Source: an uncultured ANME-1 euryarchaeote (lineage in GTDB: Archaea > Halobacteriota > Syntropharchaeia > Alkanophagales > Methanospirareceae). Taken from it: a stretch of 43,166 bases of DNA. The stretch's first letter is position 1. Every line of letters begins with the position of its first letter. A program made the position numbers and the translations under genes. The notes beneath the pieces were generated by a model. The model was not told where the DNA came from. It was given only the letters and a program-made list of their open reading frames with translations, and made no database searches. The stretch lies in NCBI GenBank assembly GCA_965195275.1, contig CBDAFQ010000159.1:1-43166 (forward strand), in the 5' to 3' direction. Shown here one piece after another: positions 27,497 through 35,570 of the stretch.

Positions 27497-28192
27497 ATGG
27501 ACCCGATATTACTTATAGTGGTATGTGTGTTAGCAGGAGGCGTGTTAGCAAGTCTGGGCGTCCATCTGTTACCAGTGGGAGGAGCACCAGCGGCAATGGC
27601 TACCGCAACGGGTGTTGCAACGGGAACAGTCATGCTCATGCTCGGAGCAGCGATGTGTGGGTTATTCACAGCGGCATCGGTGGCAACGTATACTAGTAAT
27701 ATATTGCTAGTAGCGCTATCAGGTGCTGTTGGTTCATGGCTAATGATGGGTGTCACCATGCTTTTGGCGAACCTACTGTATGTATTTGGGATCGGCATCG
27801 TTCCTGTCTCAGGCAGAGTAGACGTGGACCCAATAACAAAGCAATCGCAGAAAGAGTACAAGACACCGCAATGTGATGGACATGGAGTACCAAATGTGAG
27901 CTACATCTCTGGTATGATGGGTGCGTTGTTAGGTGGATTCGGAGGTGCACTAATGTACTTCGCACTGCTAGAATACGCTAATTTTGAGCCGACAATGGCT
28001 GGCGTGGCAGCAATGGGTATCTTCGTAGCCAATGCGATTATAGCAGCTTATAACATCGGAGGCACCATCGAGGGATTCCACGATCCGAAGTTCAAGCGAC
28101 TGCCAAAGGCGCTACTCACTTGTGGCATTATCTCGCTATTAAGTGGTGTTCTTGTCTGGGTAGTAGCAAATATGGGAGGACTGATAGGATGA
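27497..28192 (+). CDS. mtrD: tetrahydromethanopterin S-methyltransferase subunit D
   Basis: 231-aa polytopic membrane protein in the canonical position after mtrE. Confidence 0.85.
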   Translation: MDPILLIVVCVLAGGVLASLGVHLLPVGGAPAAMATATGVATGTVMLMLGAAMCGLFTAASVATYTSNILLVALSGAVGSWLMMGVTMLLANLLYVFGIGIVPVSGRVDVDPITKQSQKEYKTPQCDGHGVPNVSYISGMMGALLGGFGGALMYFALLEYANFEPTMAGVAAMGIFVANAIIAAYNIGGTIEGFHDPKFKRLPKALLTCGIISLLSGVLVWVVANMGGLIG

Positions 28193-29040
28193 CCGTAGGT
28201 GGAGGACCAGTAGTAGAAGAAGAGAAGACAGAAGGGTTCACATTCCCACCGGATGTGACACAGTTGGGGATCATTTCAGCGATAATAGCAATAGTAATAG
28301 TGATCATACCGGGATTACCCGCGGTGGTAAAGGCAGTGGGAGTTATATTCGCCTTACTCTGGGGTACGGATTCTGTTCGGAAGACCTCTAAATATGGGTT
28401 GGGTACAGGCGTTCCGTCCATAGGTGTGCTAGCAACAGGTTATGGTGTTCTTGGCGCATTAGTGGGGATTGCTTTCGCGGGGATACTCAATGTGAGCATA
28501 GTGCAGCCCGGGGTGTTAATAGGTGTAATAGCCATGGCTATTGTCGGATTGATCTCAGGTGTGTTATCGAACAATGAGAAGATAATAGGGATGAAGATAC
28601 CGGGCTTAGAACGAGGCATGATGGAGCTGGGAATAGCGGGAACACTCGCAATGTTACTCCAATTTTCTATCGTTGCGGGTTCGCTGAATTTCGATCTGGT
28701 GATAGAGAAAGCAATAAGCAATGGACTTATAGCGGTAATGTTCGTTCTATCGATGATGGCGATGTTCCATCCGTACAACGCATGTTTAGGTCCGGACGAG
28801 AGAAGACCAAGGACGCTTATGGTCTCTATTGAGATCTCAGGGCTGTTGTGCATCATACTGGGGATCTTCGTAGCGGCTACTGCAGGATCGACGTGGGGTG
28901 TAGCGGGTGTAGTAGACGGGATATCGTTGCTTATCTTCGGTCTGATAGTGTGGGTAGTGTTCTTCGTAAAGTTTGTAAAGACAGCGATGCGCGAGGCATA
29001 TTCGACCGTTGGAACGGGGTTAATCAAGACAATAGAGTAA
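28189..29040 (+). CDS. mtrC: tetrahydromethanopterin S-methyltransferase subunit C
   Basis: I place the start at ATG 28189 (MTVGGGPVVEEEK), overlapping the mtrD stop as ATGA, with GGGAGGA upstream. The tracked 28120 start lies inside mtrD. Confidence 0.85.
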   Translation: MTVGGGPVVEEEKTEGFTFPPDVTQLGIISAIIAIVIVIIPGLPAVVKAVGVIFALLWGTDSVRKTSKYGLGTGVPSIGVLATGYGVLGALVGIAFAGILNVSIVQPGVLIGVIAMAIVGLISGVLSNNEKIIGMKIPGLERGMMELGIAGTLAMLLQFSIVAGSLNFDLVIEKAISNGLIAVMFVLSMMAMFHPYNACLGPDERRPRTLMVSIEISGLLCIILGIFVAATAGSTWGVAGVVDGISLLIFGLIVWVVFFVKFVKTAMREAYSTVGTGLIKTIE

Positions 29041-29065
29041 AAGAGGAGGTAAAAAGAGAACAAAC

Positions 29066-29365
29066 ATGTTAGTAATAAATGAAAAGTATGGTGTAGTGCT
29101 GGATCCGGACTCGCTTACTGTAGGTGTGAGCAGACCCGGATTCTACAAAGTGTGCCTATCGCCGATAGAAGAGCAAATAGTGGCCATGGAAGCTTCAGTG
29201 GATGACCTTCTCAATTGTCTTGACCCTCGCGGTGGGTTCGCATTGTCGCAGCCACATAGGGAAGGAGCAATGAGTAAAGCAGGCTTCATAACGATGTTCG
29301 TCTTCGGAGTGCTATTTGGCGTGTTAGCAGTGGCACTAGCATTTTTGAAGTTAGGAGGTGCATGA
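29066..29365 (+). CDS. mtrB: tetrahydromethanopterin S-methyltransferase subunit B
   Basis: 99 aa with a single C-terminal TM helix. Correct position and size. Confidence 0.8.
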   Translation: MLVINEKYGVVLDPDSLTVGVSRPGFYKVCLSPIEEQIVAMEASVDDLLNCLDPRGGFALSQPHREGAMSKAGFITMFVFGVLFGVLAVALAFLKLGGA

Positions 29366-29366
29366 T

Positions 29367-30116
29367 ATGGTAGAGAAGAAAGAAGTTCCGGATGGATGGC
29401 CGCTAGTTACAGGAGACTATGAAGTTGGCGACCCGGAGAGTTGTGTAGCAATATCGTCTACGGGGTCGTATTTCCACATAGAGAAGCTGCCAGGAATTGC
29501 GATTCAGGGACCGGATAAGACAGAGAACATCGGGTTAGAGAAAATGATGACAAACATCGTCTCCAATCCGAACATACGATTCCTCATAATCGCAGGTGCG
29601 GAAGTTCCTGGGCACATAAGCGGTGGTTCGATGATCGCATTGTGGAAAGATGGTGTTGATCCATCTAGCCATAAGATTGTAGGTTCAACAGGGGCGATAC
29701 CATTCATCGAGAATCTTCCAGCAGAAGCGGTCGAGCGATTCAGGGCTCAGGTAGAAATAATTGACATGGTGGGCTCGGAAGATATGGGTGCGCTAATAGC
29801 GAAAGTGAATGAGCTGAAGGGTAGAGACCCAGGAGCTTATCCGGAAGACCCGATGATTGTGAAGGTAGGCGGAGATGAAGTAATGGGGGCAGAGTTGGCT
29901 ATGCCGTTAGCAATGCCGGCATCACCATACATGCAAGTAATAAATAAAGCCGCGACAGATATTTGCTACAAGTCGCAGTTGATTGCAAGGGACCAGAAAT
30001 TATCGTCGGGGCTCGCTGCGAATGCGATTCTGGGTATGTTGGCAGGACTGATAGTAGTAATAGTATTTCTCCTGCCGCTTATATACTGGGCTTTATTATA
30101 TGGAGGTGCTATCTAA
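29367..30116 (+). CDS. mtrA: tetrahydromethanopterin S-methyltransferase subunit A (corrinoid-binding)
   Basis: GWPLVTGDYEVGDPES...VAI..., soluble domain plus C-terminal TM anchor. ATG 29367 lies 8 nt after AGGAGG and is preferred over the tracked GTG at 29358. Confidence 0.9.
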   Translation: MVEKKEVPDGWPLVTGDYEVGDPESCVAISSTGSYFHIEKLPGIAIQGPDKTENIGLEKMMTNIVSNPNIRFLIIAGAEVPGHISGGSMIALWKDGVDPSSHKIVGSTGAIPFIENLPAEAVERFRAQVEIIDMVGSEDMGALIAKVNELKGRDPGAYPEDPMIVKVGGDEVMGAELAMPLAMPASPYMQVINKAATDICYKSQLIARDQKLSSGLAANAILGMLAGLIVVIVFLLPLIYWALLYGGAI

Positions 30117-30326
30117 ATGGCAAAAGTAATACAACAAACACCGGAAACGGCGGTAATAACTGCGAAGATAGAGGACTTGAAACAGTCCATAACACTCATA
30201 GGCAAGGATTCGAGGTACGCTGCCGGACTCTGGGCAGGATTCATAAAAGGGATGGCAATCGGGCTATTTGTGAGTCTGCTTCTCGCCGGACTCAAATATG
30301 CGCCCCTTGTGCCAAGCGTGACATAA
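30117..30326 (+). CDS. mtrF: tetrahydromethanopterin S-methyltransferase subunit F
   Basis: 69 aa with one TM helix. Starts immediately after the mtrA stop. Confidence 0.75.
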   Translation: MAKVIQQTPETAVITAKIEDLKQSITLIGKDSRYAAGLWAGFIKGMAIGLFVSLLLAGLKYAPLVPSVT

Positions 30327-30345
30327 AACAAAGGAGAAAGAAACA

Positions 30346-30699
30346 ATGAGCGAAGAGAAAAAAACAGAGGAAGAGCTGGAAGCGGAGATCGAGAAGGAAG
30401 TAGAAGCCGATGTGCTGATGAAGCTGGAAGAGGAACTGAAAGAGTTAGCAGTTCCTGTTGCAATGACTCCGCCAGAGCACACGAAACTATTGGGTAGATT
30501 AGCAGCGATGGATGAGACGGTGGAATTTGTCACGGGCGAACTAGCGCAGAGACAGGGCGAGAAGATGGGCTTTGCGATTGGCCTTTTGTACGGGCTGATA
30601 GTCGGAATCCTAATATATGTGCTATTCTTGATAGATCCGCAGATAGGAACCTATATAGAAGCGAACATAGATACGATAAAAGCTCTAATGGGTGTGTAA
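30346..30699 (+). CDS. mtrG: tetrahydromethanopterin S-methyltransferase subunit G with N-terminal acidic extension
   Basis: MtrG-like core LGRLAAMDETVEFVTGELAQRQGEKMGFAIGLLYGLIVG plus a TM helix. It is preceded by about 35 aa of Glu/Lys-rich sequence. Confidence 0.8.
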   Translation: MSEEKKTEEELEAEIEKEVEADVLMKLEEELKELAVPVAMTPPEHTKLLGRLAAMDETVEFVTGELAQRQGEKMGFAIGLLYGLIVGILIYVLFLIDPQIGTYIEANIDTIKALMGV

Positions 30700-30723
30700 A
30701 TATGAAAAGGAGGACAGAAAAAG

Positions 30724-31698
30724 ATGTTTGTATTTGATAGGAAGCAGGATATATATGAAATAGGGAAGGTGAAGGTAGGGGGACAGCCGGGAGAGTGCGC
30801 AACTGTTCTTTGTGGTACGATATTCTACGCGAAGCATTATTTAGTTGAGGATGCAGACAAGGGGATATTCGACAAGAAAGCTGCAGAAGACGTGCTAAAT
30901 AAGCAGGATGAGTTTTCTGACTTAACAGGGAATCCCTGCATGATGCAGATATTCTCGGAATCGCCCGAAGCGATGGAGAAAGAGATCGCGTTCTGTACAG
31001 AAGTAAGTGACACGGCTTTCTTGATTGACTCGACAGTGGCGGAGGCGAAGGTAGCAGGGCTCAAGTACGTTGATGAAGTGGGTCTAACAGATAGAGCGGT
31101 GTATAACTCAATAAACATATCGTGCGCACCCGCGGAGCTGGAAGCAATCAAAGATTCCAGCATAGAAGCAGCGATTGTCCTGGCGTTCAATCCAAAAGAT
31201 TCAACGGTAGCCGGGAAGATTGATCTGTTAGAGACAGGAGCAGGCACCTTTGATAAAGGTTTGGTGCAACTCGCACGGGACCTGGGTGTAACGAAACAGA
31301 TGTGTGATCCGGCTACTCTGCCAATAGGCGCAGGGGTTGGGTCGGCAGTTGCATCTGGCTTCGTCGTCAAGTCGAAATTCGGTATTTCTGTAGGATTGGG
31401 TATCCACAATGCACCGTCCGCATGGACATGGCTGAAGACGTTCAGGAAGGAGCATGCGACCAAAGGAGCCGGTGGCTGGGAAGGACTTGGTGCAGATGTG
31501 TTCCATATCTGTGACATAGCCTCAAATATCATCCCGGTAATAGCGGGTATGGATTTCGTGCTTTACGGACCTATAGAGAATGCGCAGACGGTGTTCCCAC
31601 TGGTTGGCATGGCAGATATGATTGTTTCAGAGGCGAACAAGGCAGAACACGAAATCGAGGCGCTGGAACCACATCCAATCACAACAATGGGCGCATAG
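30724..31698 (+). CDS. mtrH: tetrahydromethanopterin S-methyltransferase subunit H
   Basis: MFVFDRKQDIYEIGKVKVGGQPGE N-terminus and a pterin-binding barrel-like body typical of MtrH. Confidence 0.9.
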   Translation: MFVFDRKQDIYEIGKVKVGGQPGECATVLCGTIFYAKHYLVEDADKGIFDKKAAEDVLNKQDEFSDLTGNPCMMQIFSESPEAMEKEIAFCTEVSDTAFLIDSTVAEAKVAGLKYVDEVGLTDRAVYNSINISCAPAELEAIKDSSIEAAIVLAFNPKDSTVAGKIDLLETGAGTFDKGLVQLARDLGVTKQMCDPATLPIGAGVGSAVASGFVVKSKFGISVGLGIHNAPSAWTWLKTFRKEHATKGAGGWEGLGADVFHICDIASNIIPVIAGMDFVLYGPIENAQTVFPLVGMADMIVSEANKAEHEIEALEPHPITTMGA

Positions 31699-31730
31699 GG
31701 GTATTTTTATCCCCTTTTTTGTTTTTTTAT
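31698..31730 (+). terminator. hairpin plus oligo-T tract after mtrH
   Basis: GGGGTATTTTTATCCCC followed by TTTTTTGTTTTTTTATTG. Confidence 0.55.
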
Positions 31731-31759
31731 TGTATATAATGTATAACTTCCTCCTCTTT

Positions 31760-31853
31760 AAGACGCAGATTTACACGGATTTACGCAGATTTATTTTTGT
31801 TTAACCGTGTGTTGATTCTTATCCTCTGTGTTAATCTGCGTAAATCTGTGTCC
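31760..31853. repeat. short palindromic MITE-like intergenic repeat, copy 2 (longer)
   Basis: AAGACGCAGATTTACACGGATTTACGCAGATTTA ... TGTGTTAATCTGCGTAAATCTGTGTC. The arms are mutual inverted repeats and match copy 1 at 1109-1167. Confidence 0.7.
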
Positions 31854-31858
31854 TCAAT

Positions 31859-32083
31859 TTATTTTTTCTTGTTAATAAGTTCAAAAGCATTAGAAAGGCA
31901 TTCGTTCACTTCTTCCATGTGTTCGACCGCTTCCATTATCGCTTCGTAGACATCGGTGCCAATTTCACCAAACCCTTTGGCTTTCTCAGTCCATCGCTTA
32001 AAATCCTTTTCATGCTCTTTGTTATGCTCTATCCAGTACACGAGCAATAAACTCAGTTTCTCCTTCTCATCTTCTGTTTTCAT
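31859..32083 (-). CDS. hypothetical small helical His/Glu/Lys-rich protein
   Basis: 74-aa ORF (…YWIEHNKEHEKDFKRW…). No family recognised. Confidence 0.4.
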   Translation of the reverse strand: MKTEDEKEKLSLLLVYWIEHNKEHEKDFKRWTEKAKGFGEIGTDVYEAIMEAVEHMEEVNECLSNAFELINKKK

Positions 32084-32089
32084 TTTATA

Positions 32090-32569
32090 TTATTCCATTT
32101 CAATGATAGCACCTTGTGGGCGGATTTCTATGCATGCTTTACAGTTCTCAGTATCACCATAAATGCGTCCTAACTCTTTGTGATTTGCTTCCATACTACT
32201 TCCTTCTTTCCCGCACAGTTTATATTTACCCCATGTGCATGTTCAAGATATTCTTTTATCAATTTCTCATACGAATAAGTGCCCATACAAAATAGCATCC
32301 GCTATACCAGTAAGCGTTGCCGTAGGTGTATATTTGCTACCTGCACTCTTTATCAACCCTGCCTTATCCATCGCCACTTGCACTTCCGGTTTCCATTCTC
32401 CTTTATCAGCAACCGTTATTCAGCCTTCCACTATCGCATCATCGAGGGCATAAGCTAATAGCGAAGTAACCGCACCGCCATCCTGACAAGCCTTTCTTAT
32501 CTCCTCGTCTGTACTGGCAACTTCATACACTTCTCTTTCCAAATCGCCAAAATCCCTTTTCTCTTCCAT
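32090..32569 (-). pseudogene. decayed F420-dependent oxidoreductase beta-subunit family gene (FrhB/FdhB/FpoF N-domain-like)
   Basis: Manual translation from ATG 32569 gives MEEKRDFGDLEREVYEVASTDEEIRKACQDGGAVTSLLAYALDDAIVEG. An in-frame TGA (32420-32422) follows, then ITVADKGEWKPEVQVAMDKAGLIKSAGSKYTPTATLTGIADAILYGHLFV and a stop at 32267. A 34-aa ORF in another frame (32090-32194) carries a degraded ferredoxin motif, CKACIEIRPQGAI (Arg where a CxxCxxCxxxCP motif needs Cys). Confidence 0.5.
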
Positions 32570-32741
32570 CTTTTATTCCTTCCTCCTTCTTGGCTCTATC
32601 TTCCTTATTAATACTTTGTTTAATTAATATCTTACTATTTAAACAAATGTGAAACATCTAAGCATTTTACATTCGGAATGTTTGAAAAACAGCGAAAAGT
32701 TTAAATAACCCTAAATTACTAAGTTTATATGGTGATAAAAA

Positions 32742-33002
32742 ATGGCAGAAGGACGTTGTTATGTATGCAACCAAACATTTACAGCAAAGGACAGTGGCAC
32801 CATAGTGGATAATCTAGTGGAACATATAATGGCAGAGCATCATGGTTGGGTCTGGGGTGATGCGATGCAGACGAAAAATACGTTTGATAAATGCCCCGTA
32901 TGTGGTAGTACTTTAGGTAAGATTATCGCCAAGTGTCCCAACTGCGGCGCAGATCTCGTAGAGCAATATGCGAAGAAGGTAGCTGCGGGCTACGTACACT
33001 AA
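32742..33002 (+). CDS. small zinc-binding protein (C2H2-like finger plus Cx2C-x10-Cx2C zinc ribbon)
   Basis: CYVC...HIMAEHH and CPVCGSTLGKIIAKCPNCG. A strong hairpin/T-tract follows the stop. Confidence 0.55.
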   Translation: MAEGRCYVCNQTFTAKDSGTIVDNLVEHIMAEHHGWVWGDAMQTKNTFDKCPVCGSTLGKIIAKCPNCGADLVEQYAKKVAAGYVH

Positions 33003-33028
33003 AGTAGTGATAGTACGTTAAGAGCGGG

Positions 33029-33066
33029 AGAGCTTTCTCAAAAGCTCTTCTTTTTTATTTTTTGTG
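33029..33066 (+). terminator. stem-loop plus T-tract terminator
   Basis: AGAGCTTT-CTCA-AAAGCTCT followed by TCTTTTTTATTTTTTGT. Confidence 0.6.
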
Positions 33067-33125
33067 TTTGAAAAGATTTAAATAAATAAATATAGGTCAT
33101 TGTACTCATCATTAAATAAGTATAA

Positions 33126-33956
33126 ATGTTAGAGCGATTGGACTCAGGATTATATGAATATAGCAGCTTTGAGATAAAGGAGGAGCCTTTTTATTTACCG
33201 CAAGGGCGCGAGGTTGCACTATTTGAAGCAGCATATAAGAATAAACTTCCTATTATGCTAAAGGGGCCGACAGGAAGTGGTAAAACGAGATTAGTTGAGC
33301 ATATGGCCTGGAAGTTAGGTCGGCCGCTCTATACTGTTGCCTGTCATGACGATTTAAGTGGCAATGACTTGATCGGTCGGTATATAATTAAAGGAGACGA
33401 TGTTGAGTGGATTGATGGGCCTCTTCTTATGGCGGTAAAGAATGGCGGAATCGTCTATCTGGACGAAGTAGTAGAAGCGCGAAAAGACACAACTGTCGTC
33501 ATTCATCCATTAACCGATCATAGAAGGTATATGCTAGTAGAGAAATTAGGTAAGATATTCTATGCTCCTGACGACTTTATGCTGGTAATGAGCTATAATC
33601 CCGGTTACCAGAGTGTGCTAAAGGAATTGAAACAGAGCACAAGACAGCGTTTTGTCAGTATCGCACTTGGCTGGCCCGGCGAAGACTTAGAGACAGAAAT
33701 TGTGCAGCAAGAGACGGGTGTTGACGAAGATACAGCAAGAAAGTTGGTAAAAGCGGCGAATAAAATACGTAATCTCATTCATCAGGGACTAGAAGAAGGT
33801 GTTTCGACAAGGGAACTTGTCTATGCGGCTACATTGCTAAACTGTGGTGTGCCAACGCGAGATGCGCTATATTCTACTATGACTGAGCCGTTAACGCACG
33901 ATAGTGACCTCAAGAGGAGCATAGAAGAGATACTTAAGAACTATTTTGAGGTGTGA
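33126..33956 (+). CDS. CbbQ/NirQ/NorQ-type MoxR-class AAA+ ATPase
   Basis: 276 aa. Walker A GPTGSGKT, Walker [47 protein letters not shown] and [13 protein letters not shown] closely resemble what I remember of CbbQ/NorQ proteins. Confidence 0.85.
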   Translation: MLERLDSGLYEYSSFEIKEEPFYLPQGREVALFEAAYKNKLPIMLKGPTGSGKTRLVEHMAWKLGRPLYTVACHDDLSGNDLIGRYIIKGDDVEWIDGPLLMAVKNGGIVYLDEVVEARKDTTVVIHPLTDHRRYMLVEKLGKIFYAPDDFMLVMSYNPGYQSVLKELKQSTRQRFVSIALGWPGEDLETEIVQQETGVDEDTARKLVKAANKIRNLIHQGLEEGVSTRELVYAATLLNCGVPTRDALYSTMTEPLTHDSDLKRSIEEILKNYFEV

Positions 33957-33968
33957 CTTTTATTTATT

Positions 33969-34286
33969 ATGAAAATCCTACTTTTTGTCTCTTCTTCGTG
34001 TCCGCATTGTCCAGCAGCCGAAGCGATAGTGAACAGAGTGGTGTCAGATTATTCGGGGTATGGATTGTCATTAAACAAGATACGAATGAAAACAAAAGCA
34101 GGGAAGAAACGTTCTTCTATGTATCATGTTAGGGCAATACCAACCACATTGATACTTGATGATAATGGGCATGAACTCAAGAGAATGGTTGGTGTCATGC
34201 GCGAAGATACTTTAAGAGCGTCCATAGAAAAACTGCTTGGGTTGAGAGAATCAGTTTTAAGCAGAATCTTTGGCCGGAAAAAATAG
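33969..34286 (+). CDS. thioredoxin-fold protein (CPHC active site)
   Basis: 105 aa. SSSCPHCP near the N-terminus and a cis-Pro-like AIPTTLIL. Starts 12 nt after the AAA+ gene. Confidence 0.65.
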   Translation: MKILLFVSSSCPHCPAAEAIVNRVVSDYSGYGLSLNKIRMKTKAGKKRSSMYHVRAIPTTLILDDNGHELKRMVGVMREDTLRASIEKLLGLRESVLSRIFGRKK

Positions 34287-34328
34287 ATCTAAAGGTAAAA
34301 GATGAAAAAGCTCATTTGAGTAGATATA

Positions 34329-34553
34329 TTGGCGGAAAAGAACAAACAAATATTCTTTAAGTGGCTAAAACTAAACGTTTTGTGGTTCATAGGTGCTTTT
34401 GTCGTAGCTTTGCTCTTAGTACTACTGTTCCCGGCTACAATGCTGGGATTAAGATTATGGGGTGCCTACACGATAGCAGTTGGACTTTTGAGCTTCAGAA
34501 ATTTTTGGTGTGAGTTTGGTGCGTGGTTTGAGGTTTTGGGGGCGTTGAGGTGA
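34329..34553 (+). CDS. hypothetical small two-TM membrane protein (TTG start)
   Basis: 74-aa ORF with two hydrophobic helices. Non-ATG start and no recognised family. Confidence 0.35.
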   Translation: MAEKNKQIFFKWLKLNVLWFIGAFVVALLLVLLFPATMLGLRLWGAYTIAVGLLSFRNFWCEFGAWFEVLGALR

Positions 34554-34733
34554 GAAACAGAAAGAAAAACGATGCGCCAGTGCAAAAATACGCAGGTTAT
34601 TTGTATAACCTGCACCTATCTAAAAGTTAAGAGGCAAAAAATGAGTGGGGCGGTACAACAAAAGGGCGGTATCTGCGAACTTGGTTTGGATATACTGAAG
34701 TTATATGCCATGCTCACTAGGAGATAATAAAAC

Positions 34734-35357
34734 ATGAATCCCGATGATTTAATAAAGCAAGCTAGAAGAATTATTGCAAATAAACAGTCAGAGCTCGGAA
34801 TGCTCGTTGAAGCTAGGGAATTTCTCAGGGTCTATGCAGGGGAAAAAAGTGTTTTCTTCCAAGCTCTAAAGGAAGTTAGACCTTCTACCAGTCAATACAT
34901 AAGCATTGCAGGGGATGTAGTTGATATCCTAACAGCATTTAGTAGTTATGTGGAAAATGGCCTTCTTGAAGGCATCTCAATTGAGAGGAAGGCTCAGATA
35001 GATGTTGTTTCTGACTTCCTCGGTCAAGCGGATACCTTGCTAAATTCCAATGAAGTACATCCTGCAGCACCGGCTGTTATCATTGGAGCTGCGCTTGAGG
35101 AATTTCTAAGAAATTGGATTGATGAGGGAGTTTTGAGCCTTGGAGGGAAGAAGCCAAGTTTGGATTCTTATGCGAAAGTTTTAAGAGAAGCGGAGTTAAT
35201 TACGAAACAAGATGTCAAGGATATAACATCCTGGGGTGGTCTTCGAAATCATGCTGCACATGGTGAATGGGCTGAAGTAAACGATAAAAATAGAATATCC
35301 CAAATGTTAGGAGGAGTTAACCTTTTTATGCGAAAATATGGTGAGCACGGCATATAA
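34734..35357 (+). CDS. HEPN-like domain protein (Rx4H motif), DUF4145/Abi-like
   Basis: All-helical-looking 207-aa protein with a C-terminal WGGLRNHAAHGEW (R171-x4-H176). Flanked by 180-nt and 213-nt non-coding spacers. The perfect hairpin AACTTGC-TTC-GCAAGTT (35390-35406) follows the stop. Confidence 0.55.
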   Translation: MNPDDLIKQARRIIANKQSELGMLVEAREFLRVYAGEKSVFFQALKEVRPSTSQYISIAGDVVDILTAFSSYVENGLLEGISIERKAQIDVVSDFLGQADTLLNSNEVHPAAPAVIIGAALEEFLRNWIDEGVLSLGGKKPSLDSYAKVLREAELITKQDVKDITSWGGLRNHAAHGEWAEVNDKNRISQMLGGVNLFMRKYGEHGI

Positions 35358-35570
35358 CAAAGAATTTACGGCTTCGTTTCACTACGCCTAACTTGCTTCG
35401 CAAGTTCGTAAATGCCTAATCGTAATTGAAAGCAATCATGAAAGGAGGTTGAAATGAGTGTGCCAAGCAAAATTCATAATATCTTGTTGGTGAAAAATCC
35501 AATATAACCTCAAATGAAGCACAGAATAAATCCATAAAAAGTAGTTTAACGTGTAAAGACTAACAAGAAA

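Noticed and set aside
28120-28188. Tracked upstream starts for mtrC (28120), mtrA (GTG 29358) and the VWA gene (GTG 37145).
   Set aside because: Downstream ATGs with Shine-Dalgarno-like sequences or ATGA coupling fit better. The upstream extensions overlap the preceding genes.
27406-31532. Large minus-strand ORFs across the mtr operon (27406-27861, 28440-29063, 30113-30533, 30837-31532).
   Set aside because: They lie antisense to unmistakable Mtr subunit genes and the products have no coding-like features. They are typical shadows of Gly/Ala/Val-rich membrane-protein genes.
32420-32422. In-frame TGA in the FrhB-like reading frame as a selenocysteine codon.
   Set aside because: The frame ends about 50 codons later and the gene is grossly truncated. 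FrhB-type subunits are not among the selenoproteins I know from methanogens. The position follows IVEG, where a small or aliphatic residue rather than a redox Cys is expected. Pseudogene is the simpler reading. It remains checkable via SelB/SECIS.
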